From Octopus vulgaris (Eukaryota), in NCBI GenBank assembly GCA_951406725.2, contig OX597834.1:39990001-40054000 (forward strand): a DNA stretch of 64,000 nt, in the 5' to 3' direction. Position 1 is the first letter of the stretch, and each line of letters begins with the position of its first letter. Made by a program: the position numbers and the translations under genes. The notes beneath the pieces were generated by a model, which searched no databases, had not been told where the DNA came from, and saw only the letters and a program-made list of their open reading frames with translations. Of this stretch, positions 27,259 through 39,887 are shown piece by piece.

Positions 27259-27604
27259 AACCTCATCTTGTGTGCGTGTGTTCATGTCATGCCTGTGCTT
27301 GTTCCCCAATCCCTCCACATCATTTGACAACTGGTTAGGAAGTGAGTTTCCTAACCACAGCCATGCCTGCAGCTAAGAATAAAATAAATTCAATGGAATT
27401 CATTCTAACTCGTTTTATAGAACTTTCACCAGTTTCTCTTTCATTCTTCCAATGCGTGTTAATGTGAATTCTCCTACACGAGGTTCCACCACAACCTGAT
27501 GCATCAAACTTTACAAATTTTACTCAACAGCGTCACAGATTTCTTATGCTTAAATATACATAAACAGAAATATTATGGCTATTTAAGGTAAATATTTCGT
27601 GATT

Positions 27605-27884
27605 CGTGTCCGTTGCCAGCCTCGCCTGGCCCTCGTGCCGGTGGCACATAAAAAGCACCATCCGTTCGTGGCCGTTTGCCAGCTCTGTCTGGCACCTGTG
27701 CGGGTGGCACGTAAAAAGCACCCACTACACTCTCGGAGTGGTTGGCATTAGGAAGGGCATCCAGCCGTAGAAACACTGCCAGATTTGACTGGGCCTGATG
27801 AAGCCTTCTGGCTTCACAGACACCAGTAGAACCGTCCAACCCATGCTAGCATGGAAAACGGACGCTAAACGATGATGATGATGA
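27605..27884 (+). mobile_element. Family C (GAT)n-tailed retroposon
   Basis: ggcac(a/g)taaaaagcacc subrepeats, ggaagggcatccagccgtagaaa core and (gat)n tail. Confidence 0.85.
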
Positions 27885-28048
27885 TAATTTAAATCTAAAT
27901 ATTGGCTTCAAATTCTGGCATAAGAACAGCAATTTCAGAGGAAGGGCTAAATTGATGACATCAATCCCACAGCGCAATTAGTACTTATTTTATCAACCCC
28001 CCAAAGGAGGAAAGGTTAAGTTGACCTCAGTGGTATTTGAACTCAGAA

Positions 28049-28265
28049 ACATTAGCACGCCAGGCAAAATGCATAGCCATATTTTGTCTGCCATTACGTT
28101 CTGAGTTCAAATTCCGCCGAGGTCGACTTTGCCTTTCATCCTTTCGGGGTCGATTAAATAAGTACCAGGTACACACTGGAATCGATATAATCAACTTAAT
28201 CCGTTTGTCTATCCTTGTTTGTCCTCTCTGTGTTTAGCCCCTTGTGGGTAGTAAAGAAATAGGTT
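28049..28265 (+). mobile_element. SINE family B nested in an opposite-strand B-like SINE
   Basis: 13-bp duplication tttgaactcagaa at 28036-28048 and 28266-28278. Confidence 0.85.
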
Positions 28266-28305
28266 TTTGAACTCAGAATGTAAAGTCGGAAAAAATGTTG
28301 CTAAT

Positions 28306-28722
28306 AGGCGTAGGAGTGGCTGTGTGGTAAGTAGCTTGCTTACGAACCACATGGTTCTGTGTTCAGTCCCACTGTGTGGCACCTTGGACAAATGTCTTCT
28401 ACTATAGCCTCGGGCCGACCAAAGCTTTGCGAGTGAATTTGGTAGACGGAAACTGAAAGAAGCCCATCGTATATGTGTATATATATATGTATATGTGCAT
28501 GTATGTGTGTGTATATGTTTGTGTGTCTGTGTTTGTCCTCCCAACATCGCATGACAACCGATGCTAGTGTGTTTACATTCCCGTAACTTAGCGGTTCAGC
28601 AAAAAGGACCAACAGAATAAGTACTAGGCTTACAAAGAATAAGTCCTGGGGGCGATTTGCTCGACTAAAGGTGGTGCTCCAGCATGGTCGCAGTCAAATG
28701 ACTGAAACAAGTAAAAGAGTAA
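28306..28722 (+). mobile_element. SINE family A, full length (tRNA-like head, CORE-like segment, internal TA/TG microsatellite, tail)
   Basis: Head aggcgtaggagtggctgtgtggtaag...gttcagtccc. The segment ggcaccttggacaaatgtctt resembles the CORE motif. Tail ...atgactgaaacaagtaaaagagt. More than 20 copies or fragments in the window. Confidence 0.92.
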
Positions 28723-28905
28723 GCTTTTTTTCCACAATGGCAATGATTCTGCCAACTCGTCACTTTATTTAAGCATTAAATTATAAATTAAGCATTAAAA
28801 AAAATATTTATCTATATATTATTTTATGGAATTCTTCTGAAGGTTCTCTGGAGCAAATGTTACTTGACAGGGTGCACGACTCGGACATTAGGGAGTCTAT
28901 CTAGG

Positions 28906-29106
28906 TTTTGATGTAAATAATTTTTGGTGTTAACATGGTCCGATTTGAATTTTATCTTCTATGGAAGGAAGAGCAAGCCTTCTTCTATCATACTCTCAAT
29001 TTTGGTCAACTTGCACCGCAGGGTCTCGGAGGAGAGAGTGTTAGTTGAAGGCTACCAAACCTGCCATACACAGGCAACTTCAGCTTTATATATATATAGA
29101 GAGAGA
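28906..29106 (-). mobile_element. Helitron-like family, 5' fragment
   Basis: Reverse-complement match to 3070-3262. Confidence 0.7.
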
Positions 29107-30129
29107 TTTCAGTGGAAAAGAAAACGAATGTCGTACACTTACTGAATGATATTTTTCAGTGATTTTGTAGGATGAAAATATATGTTTCTCCACATCATCA
29201 TCATCATCATCGTAGTTTAGCGTCCGCTTTCCATGCTAGCATGGGTTGGACGGTTCAACTGGGGTCTGGGAAGCCAGAAGTCTGATCTAGCAATGTTTCT
29301 ACGGCTGGATGCCCTTCCTAACGCCAACCACTCCGTGAGTGTAGTGGGTGCTTTTTACGTGCCACCGGCACAGGTGCCAGACGAGTCTGGCAAATGGCCA
29401 CGATCGGATGGTGCTTTTTATGTGCCACCAGCACATGTAACTACAATATTGTCAAAGTATTCTGTAATAAAGTATAACACCTGAAATTTATAATAAATAA
29501 ATTAGATTATAGTTGTCGAGCATCTCAACATAATCTTTCAGGTGAAATGTGAACTTATAACATTGGTCAAGAAAATTGCCATACAAGATGTGAAACTTAT
29601 ATGTAACTGTGATGGACCCCATGGAGGAGGTGCTTCATGTACCTACCTCCGGAACCATCCCAGAAATAGTGGGCGGAGAAAATGGATGGATGGATCGATG
29701 GATGGATCGGAAACAATATTTAAATATTCATTTTTTAAATTAGGGGAAAAAAAAAAAAACTGACAGAAGAAATTGTAAAGAAATTCTCACCTGGTTGTCT
29801 ACTTTTTATAAGTTTCTTAATTCCAAATGGTAAAGTATTTAATTTATGCTTATGGGGAGATAAATTGCCACTCCTCGCTCCACAGCATAAAAAACAATTT
29901 GCCACAGATATATCCAATAAAGGCTTGTTATTTCCCATGATGCAATGCAGTTTTGTTTTTGTTTCACAGATTTTTCAAACAGGAATGTCTTTACAAATAG
30001 CTACCAATGTCTCACAAAAGGGCTGAGTGAAAATGGGACAATTTTTCCGGCATATTTTTGTGTAATATTTCATCCATTTCTTGTAATCAATTATAAAGCA
30101 GCTATGTTAGAAACCAACCTTTTTTTTTA

Positions 30130-30440
30130 TAAAGAAATTCTATAGAAAAACTGTACTATAAAGTAGTTTAGACAACACAGTAGCTATATTAAAAAGTAAG
30201 TATTTATAAAGAAGCTGTACTACAAAGTTCTACAATAATCCAGTTATATGATAAAGTTATATTATGAAAAAGCTCTACAGAGAAGCTGTGTTATAAGGTA
30301 GTTATATGGTACAGTAGCAATATTATAAAGTAGCTACACTGTATAGTTGTTGCACTATATAAAAGCTATATATATAGGGAGAGTAGTTATAATACGAAAC
30401 AGCAATATTATGAAGTAGGTATTATATAAAGTTGTTCTAT
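30130..30440. repeat. Highly degenerate minisatellite (tattataaagtagc-like)
   Basis: Recurring tataaagtag / aagctgt motifs at short spacing. Confidence 0.6.
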
Positions 30441-31547
30441 TACTAAGAAGATTTATCATAAAGATGCTATCCAAGTTAATTAAATTTTGCTGATATAGAG
30501 GAATGAAATTGCAATTCTTTTTTTAAATCAATAAAGAATTATAATAAATATGTAAATAGATATATTAAATTAATTTATAAGATATTAATAACAATGAAAA
30601 AATTTAATGTTTAACAAATATTTAATAGTAAAAGTGTTTTATAGTTGATTTTTTTTTATTCCCTTTCATGCCCTTTTTCTATTATTTTAATTGTATTTTA
30701 ATAAAATTCCTTCATTTACTGATTATCCAACAAATAAGTCACAGAATTTCTGTCTGGCATTCGCAGAAATGTTGAAATGGAATGAAATATAAATTAACAG
30801 CAACAGTTGTAGACAAACTATATTAATAATTTTCTCAAATTTGTATCCAAGAACGACCTTCTAGATTGATTAGATTAAAAATAATCGGAAAGACAATATC
30901 TTTAATTACAATCTCTTCGTCTGTGTTTTAAATAAACAAATAATAAAATGCTTACGGAGTTAAAATTTTAATTCAGTTATTTTAATTAGTTGAGAGGATC
31001 GATATAGCTTGTTATGCCTCGTTATATAATTCTTGTGGAAGGATATAAGAAATAGGGGACGGAAAAACAAAACGAGAGAAAAAAAAAACCGCTTTTTTCC
31101 TGCACCTTAACTTGAAGAAATTCAAAGACGTTTTAGTCTTAAGAATTGTACCGGGAATTCCAAAACGTAATACAACTTTAATTATAATAATAATAATAAC
31201 AATAATAATAATAACAATAACAATAATAATAACAATGATAATGATAAAAATATTGGTAATAATAATAAAAATAGTTATTTGGTATAAGGATGGTGTATGC
31301 TATCAATGCTAATTCTTCATTTAAAATGGTATATTTCCACTCTTAAATCATTAAAAAAAAAAACATATATAAATATAATAAGACAGCTAAATGTCAAGAG
31401 AATCGTAGTTTAATCAATGTCAAATCGATATACTGTATATGGTCAATATATATATATATTATACTTAATTATATATATATGTGTGTGTGTATATATGTAT
31501 GTATATAGATGTGTGTATGTGGGTGGGCTGAACGTAACACGGATTAC

Positions 31548-31610
31548 ATGCTGAGGTATTTTGCGTTTGGTCAACTTTTTCAACAAATATGTTTCTTCCT
31601 TTTGGCTCAT
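31548..31610 (-). CDS. Candidate first coding exon MSQKEETYLLKKLTKRKIPQH
   Basis: aatATG start, 21 codons, CAT|GTAATC donor (phase 0). A possible upstream UTR intron runs from 32075 (GTAAGT) to 31925 (tttgtgcAG). Lies in the longest SINE-free, CpG-containing stretch. Confidence 0.3.
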
Positions 31611-32178
31611 ATTTCTACAGAAAGCTCTCCGCAATGGTAACGCCGAAAGGGAATGGTGTTCTTTGTCCCTGCACCTCGTCCTGTCTTTAAGTAAATTGCT
31701 TCCTTTTTAGACAGATACAAAGAATCATTCGTTAACTTTTTCAAAAAAAAACCAATGCCAATTTTGTAATTTGCCGGATCCGAGATAAAAGTTTTATAAT
31801 GGTAATATAGATCAACGTGGAAACGAAAGCGAGGAAAAACGAAGATAAGATTGCAAGTATACGAGATATTTTTCTTCTTCTTCTTCTCCTTCTCCTTCTT
31901 CTCCTTCTTCTTCTTTATCTGACCCTGCACAAACAGACACCAACACACACAGACGTAGACAGAGAGACATCACTCAGACACCTTTTCTATGGACTCTGCA
32001 GTTCTATAAACTGCAACAAGGTGGTCAGTCGACAATAATATAAACAGCGCTATCGTCACTGCAACACCTACTTACAAGTCGGGCCTCGCGTTACGACAAA
32101 TGCTGCGAATATCTAAATATTTAGAATCTGATTGTATTATGATGGGTGTGAGGGTGTGTATGTGTGTGTGTGCATGCA

Positions 32179-32220
<42 letters not shown>

Positions 32221-33154
32221 TGATCAATGTAAAGAAGAAATATTTCATTCACTGATTGAGTGAGTGACAGCTTGAGTTTGAGTGATGTTATTCTCGAGTG
32301 GAGTGCAGATGGAAGTTAGCTAAGAGTGGAGTGAAAACAGAGTTTGCGGTGGCATTATGAAATCGAAATGAAGAAGAAGAAGAAGAAGAAGAAGACATGA
32401 GAAAATAAATAAATAAAAATAAAACAAAAATACCAAAAAAAAAAATGTTTAATTCCAGTCATTTGAAGAAACAAAAATAAAACAAAAATAACAAAAACCA
32501 ATAACGAAAAGACGACAAGAAAGAAAATAACCCAAGAAAAGTGAAGGAAGGAAAGAAGAAAGGAAGGAAGGAAGGAAGGATGGGAGGAAGGAAAGAAGGA
32601 AGGATGGGAGGAAGGAAGGTTGTTGCGTAAAAGTCAAGTGAACACTTAGGAGTTTTGTAAACAACACTCGTTTTCTATCTCTAAACTGAATGGTATTTAA
32701 AATTTTGATGATTAACCTTTTGGCATGACAATACAAGAATGGTAGAGGGGGGAGTGGTTAGAGAAAGTGAAACAAGGGAAGGTGGGGGGGGGGAGGGGAG
32801 AGGGAGGAAAACATTAATGATCCGAAGGTGGCGGCGAAGAGGGACGAGAGCTGCAAATGAAAACCCACCACCCCATCCCACCCCACTCCACACCCACCCC
32901 TGATGATCAGATGATGTCGCTGTTGTTGTTGTTGTTGTCGATGTTGTTGTTATAATTGTTAGGCGGTGGCGGCGGTGGTGGTGGTGGTGGTGTCGTATAT
33001 ATAGCCTGCCCAAGACACAACATTGGTTGAGAGAGCAAGGCCTATGGTCGAAGACGTTCCAGCTATGACCATCCCAAGTTTTTTTTTTTTATTTTTATCC
33101 GCTGTTTCTAACAACTACACTTGGATATCTCATCTGTTCCTCTTGCTTTAAGCA

Positions 33155-33480
33155 AGGGAGAATTGGCTGCTATTTCCAACGAGTCAAACAACCACAGTCT
33201 CATAATATGTATACAGTAGTAGTAGTAGTAGTAGTAGTATGAGAGAGATTTGGCTGCTATTTCCAGCAAGTTGAACAGCCACAGACTTAAAACATCTATA
33301 CAACAGCAGCAGCAGTAGTAGTAATAGCAGAAGCAGCAGATTTGACTGCTATTTTCAGCAAATTGAACAATCCGGTCTTACAACATTTATACAGTCATAA
33401 AAGTAATGGTGGTGGTAGTAGTAGTAGTAGCTGCAATTTGAGGGAGTTTGGCTGCTATTTCCAGCAAGTCAAACAAGAGT
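33155..33480. repeat. Four tandem units gatttggctgctatttccagcaag separated by (AGT)n/(AGC)n
   Basis: Motif at about 33160, 33247, 33339 and 33445. The same motif occurs on the minus strand near 17300 and 63815. Confidence 0.8.
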
Positions 33481-33916
33481 CTCACATCATCACAGTAGTA
33501 GTAGTAGCATCAGCAGCAGTAGCTGTTCAAGAATTTGGACCTGGAGATCTCCATTTCCAGCGGCTTCGAGGGTCACCTCCCAGTGATGTCAGGCGTCAAT
33601 GAAGAGCCCTCGACTACAACAAGACGACCAAAGTTTTTTTTTTCCCAAGGTCTGGGGTCTCCCGCCCCTAAGCCCTAGACCATCACCTAACCACCCTTAC
33701 CCATCTTGTTGCTTAACAACAGCAGCAGCAGCAGCAGTTCTGACACTTCAACTGAAGGGGTGGGGCTGGTTTTCAAATTTGATAATAAAAAAATTAAGAA
33801 CCATCTGGAACAACATCTGTCACACAAAAATTACTCATCTGGAGTAACATCTGGTACTCACAAATTGTTATTATCTTCTTTATCTATTTCTCTTTTATTT
33901 TCTGTAACAGAAATTG

Positions 33917-33953
<37 letters not shown>

Positions 33954-34779
33954 TGTTTTCTCTTGTGTTATTAGGGAATTAAAAGTGGAAAAGAAGATAA
34001 AACTGATTAGCACAAACGAAAAATAATCCGCACACATACGTAAATAAAACCTACATCCGTTTTCCCATGTTGGCATGGGTTGGACGGTTAGACAGGAGTT
34101 AGTCACCCAACACACACACACACACACACACATACAAACATATATACACTCATACATATACACAGACATATGCACTCACACATATATAAATTTGTATGCA
34201 TGTGGGTGTGTGTGTATATAATGGTTTTCACATTCTGCTTTATTGAACAAATATCAAAAAGAAAGGTGACTCTGCAATAAGGAATTTGCTTGACAACCAC
34301 ATGGTTCTGCTTTCAGGCCCACTGCGTGGAACCTTGGGCAAGTAATTTCAAATCCTTTTGGGTGGATTTGGTAGGCAGAAACTGAAAGAAGCCCATTGTA
34401 TCATCATTATTATCATCATTTAACGTCCGTAGTCCATGCTGGCATGGGTTGGATAGTTTGTCTGAGCTGGCACACAGGAAGGCAGCACAGACTCCGGTCT
34501 GATTTGGCATGGTTTTCTATGGCTGGATACCCTTCCTAACACCAACTACTCTGAGAGTGTAATGGGTGCTTTTACGTGCCACCGGCACAGGTGCCATTTG
34601 CATGACACCAGTATCTGTCACAGCTGTGGTGCATGTCTTTGTGTCCGTCTTTGCCTTTCATCATTTAAGGGGTCAATAAACTAAGTACCAGTTGAATACT
34701 GGGGTTGACGTAATTGACTTAGTCCCTCTCCTAAAATTGCTGGCCCGGTGCCAAAATTTGGAATCATTATTACTAGTAT

Positions 34780-35085
34780 TGGAGGTGCAATGGCCCAGTG
34801 GTTAGGGCAGCGAACTCAGTTGGAGGATCGCAGTCTCAATTACCAGACTGGGCGTTGTGTGTGTTTATTGAGCAAAAACACCTAAAAGCTCCACGAGGCT
34901 CCAGCAGGGAGTGGTGGCAACCCCTGTTGTATCCTTTTGCCCCAACTTTCTCTCACTTTTTCTTCCTGTTTCTTGAGTAACACTACGATGGACTGGCGTC
35001 CCATCCAGCTGGGGTGAACACATATGCCATAGAAACCAGGAAACCAGGCCCATGAGCCTGGCTAGGCTGGAAAAGGGTGCATAAA
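34780..35085 (+). mobile_element. tRNA-derived SINE related to family D
   Basis: TGGCCCAGTGG A box. Shares cgatggactggcgtc and gaaacc...atgagcctggc with 3626-3869. Confidence 0.8.
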
Positions 35086-35822
35086 AAAAACTACTAGTAT
35101 TATCAGTATGTTCTGAGTTCAAGTTCTACCCAGGTCAACTTTGCCATTCCTCCTTCCAGGATCAATACATTAAGTACCAGCTGAGTACTGGGGTCAACGG
35201 AATTGACTATCCCCCTCCCCCAAATTTCAGGCCTTGTGCCTAAAGTAGAAAGGATTATTATTATTATTAAGGCAATGAGCTGGCAGAACCATTTACATGC
35301 TGAGCAAAATGCTTAGTGACATTTCATCTACCTTTGTGTTCTGAGTTCAAATTCTGCCAAGGTCAACTTTGCCTTTCATCATTTCGGAGTCAATGAAATA
35401 AGTACCAGCTGAACACTGGGGTCGATGTAATCAACTTACCCCCTCACCCCCAAATTTTAGCCCCTGTGCCTTTAACAGAAGGATTCGCTAAACGATGATG
35501 ATGATGATTATTACTACTATTAATTATTGCTGTTTTTTTCATTTGAAACAAGCTGTTGCAAGTTTGGTGCTGACACCTCGAGCAACAGCTAATTAAGTAT
35601 GTTACTACAGGCGTTATTTATGAGTAACAATAATATATTTCCGGAAAAGGAAACCAAACACTAAAAACCAAACTTTTATTGGAAATTTGTCATAATATTT
35701 GCAATTTTGAAAGATTTTAAACAATTCAGATATTCTCAGGCTGACAGTGTTTTTCCTAGAATGAGGGCCGTAGCCATGAGAAAATTGTTTTTATTTGTTC
35801 TGATATATTCTGATATAACATA

Positions 35823-36096
35823 ACGAAAAATGAGTTTTTATTCATGGAAGATGGGGCTCCATGCCATACACCGAAAAGGAATCAACAATGGTTGACTGAA
35901 AATGGGATGAGAAAGCTTACTTGGCCCAGCCAATCTCTTGACATGAACCCAATTGAAAATCTTTGGAGTATATGAGATAGAGCTATTATGAAAAACTCGA
36001 CAGAATCCTAAAGCTAAAGGTGAATTCTTTTGATTGTTGCATGAAAAGTGGGCAGAAATTCCACAAAGCTCATCATTTCAATGCCAAAAAACAGAA
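35823..36096 (+). mobile_element. Tc1-type DD34E transposase pseudogene, C-terminal fragment
   Basis: FMEDGAPCHTPKRNQQWLTENGMRKLTWPSQSLDMNPIENLWSI* from 35841. Exactly 34 residues lie between D (35850) and E (35955). Stop at 35973. Downstream remnants KWAEIPQ and LIISMPK. Confidence 0.9.
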
Positions 36097-36445
36097 CATG
36101 TCGGGGGGAATTTGCCAGGGCAGGGCCAATCCATAACATTACATGACATGTCTGATTAGCCAGAGGGGCAGACCCAACCCATAACATTACATGACATGTG
36201 AGGGATTCGCCAGAGGGGCAGACCCAACCCATAACATTACCTGACATGTCAGATTCGCCAGAGGGGCAGGGCCAATCCATAGCATTATATGACATGTCAG
36301 AGATTCGCCAGAGGGGCAGACCCAACCCATAACATTACATGACATGTCGGAGATTCGCCAGAGGGGCAGGGCCAATCCATAACATTACATGACATGTCAT
36401 ATTAGCCAGAGGGGCAGACAAACCTATAACATTACATGTCATGTC
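36097..36445. repeat. 48-50-bp minisatellite, 7 copies
   Basis: Unit cataacattacatgacatgtc(..)agattcgccagaggggcag(ggccaatc/acccaacc), anchored at 36132, 36180, 36230, 36278, 36328, 36378 and 36425. Confidence 0.95.
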
Positions 36446-36446
36446 T

Positions 36447-36597
36447 GAGGAAGACAGGTGGTGTAGACAACAAACAGATGCATTAGTATAACGCTCAGGA
36501 AGTGAAAAAGTCTTTAACGTTTCGAGCCTACGCTCTTCCACAGAAAGGGACACAGAAAGAAACAAGGAGCAAAAATAAAGAATGTGTAGTGGCTCAC
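36447..36597 (-). mobile_element. Penelope-like fragment with hammerhead-like core, copy 3
   Basis: The minus strand at 36543-36490 reads CTGTGGA-A-GAGC-GTAG-GCTC-GAAACGTT...AGC-GTT. Confidence 0.55.
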
Positions 36598-37735
36598 ACA
36601 CGAAGGGCTTCTTTCAGTTTCCATCAACCAAATCCACTCACAAGGCTTTGGTCAGCCTGAGGCTATAATAGAAGACTCTTGCCCAGGGGTAACAGGCAGT
36701 ATTGTCCTCCCTCAAGCAGTATTGGAGGATAAAAATATACACGCACATAGATAGATACATACATATATATATATACATACATACATATACACACACGCAT
36801 ACATATATATACACACATACACATAAATATATATATATACACACAGATATATACATGCATATGTATATATACATATATATATATACACACACACACAGTG
36901 GGCTTCTTTCAGTTTTCATCTCACAAATGTTTGGTCAGCTCACGGCAATAGTAGAAGACACTTGCCAAAGGTACCAAGCAGTGAGACTGAACCCAGAATC
37001 AGGTGGCTGGGAAGCAAACATCTTAACACACAGCCATGTCAGCACCTCAACTTTTCAAATATTTCTACAGAAGCGTTGCAATCTACTGGAATTGGTATAC
37101 CTATAAACAAACATTTTCTGTTTTTTGTCAAGGTGAATTTTTTGCCACAATGTCTGGCCTATTAGCCATAATAGCTCTAATCTAAGTGGTGAGCTCCCAG
37201 AATGATTACCATGCTGAATAAAATGTTAAGCAGCATTTCCTATGACAATATGTTCTGATTTCAAATGCCGTCGACATCAACCTTGCCTCTCATCCTTTCA
37301 AGGTCAATGAAACAAATACCAGCTGCGCACTGGGGTGGATGTAATTGACTTCCCCTCCCACCAAAACTGTTGGCCCTGTACCAAAATTAGAAAGAAAATT
37401 ACTATTATTATTATTATTATTATTATTACGTACACTTGCATGCAAACACACATACGCACACCCTAATACGTTTACATAAACATAAAGCGAATGCATCTAG
37501 CACTCCCACCCTGCCATGACCACCTCCACATAACCACCCGGATAACACATGAATATAAAGCTTGCAAATTGTGTGCAAGTGTACATGAATGTGTACGTTA
37601 ATGTGTGTGTGTGTGAGTGTGTGTGTGTGAAGTGGGTGTATGCAGTATAGTTGGTGTATATATGTGTGTGACGTGTATATGCAGATGTGGCGTGCGTATA
37701 TGCTATTTGTACAAGATTTCATATGATGATGATGA

Positions 37736-37774
<39 letters not shown>

Positions 37775-39290
37775 TCTATTTGATCTTTACAGAATAACAA
37801 AGAAGAAAAAGAAAATGCCTTCAGAGCCACCTCTCCCCCTTCCCACTTCATGCATCTCCCTCTCACTCAGCATCACTTTCTCTCTCCCCCTCACTCACCT
37901 AACATCTCACTCTCTCCTCTTCACTCACCTAGTGTCTCTCTCTCTCTATTTTCCATCACTCACCAAGTGTTTCTCTCTATTTTCCATTTCTTGCTTAGCA
38001 TCCTTCTCTCTCTCTCTCGCACTGAGCATCTCTCTCCCTCTCTCACTTGCTTAGTATTTCTATCTCTTCCTCTCTCTCTCTATCTCTCTCACTCTCTCTC
38101 CCTCATATACACTACCTCCTTCACACATTTCTCTCTCTCTCTCTCTATCTCTCACTCTCTCTCCCTCCTTCACACATTCTCTCTCTCTCTATCTCTCTCA
38201 CTCTCTCTCCCTCATATACACTACCTCCTTCACACACTCTCACTCTCTCTCTCTTCCACACACCCATTGCACCAGTTGGTCATAACAGTAAAACTTCTGA
38301 TTAATAATCTATCATCGTTACTAGTAACGCTACCAAAGGTGTGGTCTATAACCAACCTACATTCATTTGTTGCATTCTGTTTTACAGCTGTTTTTTAATG
38401 CCAGCATGGGTTAGACCATTTATCTTTTATCTTTTACATGTGTTCGTTGCTAGACTGTGGCCATGCTGGGGCATCACATTGAAGGGTTTTTCATCAAACA
38501 AATCAACTCCAGTGTTTATTTTATTTTATCGTATTTTATTTTTTTATTTTATTTTGTAAGTCTGGTACTATTTTTATTGGTCTCTTTTGCCAAATTGCTA
38601 AAACTGAGGGATGTAAACAAACCAACACCAGTTGTTAAGCAGTGGTGGTGGTGGTGGTGGTGGAGAGGACAAACACAAATGCAGACATTCACACACACAC
38701 ACACACAAGTTCAGAAAGAGCTTACATCGACCCCAGTACTCAACTGGTACTTCTTTTATTGATCCCAGAATGACGAAAAGCAGAACTGACCTCAGTAGAG
38801 TTTGAACCCTGAATATATATAATGGATGAAATGCCACAAAACATTTTGCCAGGCATGCTAACCATTCTGCCAGCTCACGACCCTCATAATAACAACAACA
38901 ACAACAACAACAACAACACATCATCATTAACTAATTAATATAAATACCAAACCATTTATCCTTTACAATTAATTATAACATTAACTATAATGAAAATAAC
39001 AGAGTGTGCCATGGAGAGAAACAATGTGGGTCAACAAGTACAAAAAGCCCAGATTTATTGGGGAGATGGTGAGACTGTGGTGTTCATATGTTTTTCAAGA
39101 ATACCTTATTTTTCTATCTTTCAGTTGTTTCAGTCACACGTGGTCAATACACTAGGGTGGATAACGTCCAACTGCAAGAATTTAAACAAGGTCTCCAAGC
39201 TTAGGGTATGTCCCTCCACCCTTCCATCAGTCTTAAGGAAACTCTGAAAAGGGTCATGAGCAGATGTATTTTCCCTCCTCTTACTAAGCT

Positions 39291-39887
39291 GGTGAGCTGG
39301 CAGAAATGTTAGCACACTGGGCAAATTGCTTAGTGGTATTTCGTCTGCCACTACGTTCTGAGTTCAAATTCCACCGAGGTCGACTTTGCCTTTCATCTTT
39401 TCGGGGTCGATTGAATAAGTACCAGTTACGCACTGGGGTCGATATAATCAACTTAATCCGTTTGTCTGTCCTTGTTTGTCCCCTCTGTGTGTAGCTCCTT
39501 GTGGGTAGTTAAGAAATAGGTATTTCATCTGCCGTTACGTTCTGAGTTCAAATTCCGCCGAGGTCGACTCTGCCTTTCATCCTTTTGGGGTCGATTAAAT
39601 AAGTACCAGTTACGCACTGGGGTCGATACAATCGACTTAATCCATTTGTCTGTCCTTATTTGTGCCTTCTGTGTTTAGCCCCTTGTGGGTAGTGAAGAAA
39701 TAGGTATTTCATCTGCCGTTACGTTCTGAGATCAAATTCCTCCGAGGTTGACTTTGCCTTTCATCCTTTTGGGGTTGATTAAATAAGTACCAGTTACGCA
39801 CTGGGGTCGATATAATCGACTTAATCCGTTTGTCTGTCCTTGTTTGTCCCCTCTGTGTGTAGCCCCTTGTGGGTAGTAAAGAAATAA
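39291..39887 (+). mobile_element. SINE family B head followed by three tandem 184-bp body units
   Basis: gtatttc(g/a)tctgcc at 39336, 39520 and 39704, with the same junction aagaaatag|gtatttc. Confidence 0.95.

Noticed and set aside
36110-36420. GCCAGAGGGGCAG as tandem CTCF sites
   Set aside because: Spacing is off by one base from the CCASYAGRKGGC core; not supportable without a matrix scan.
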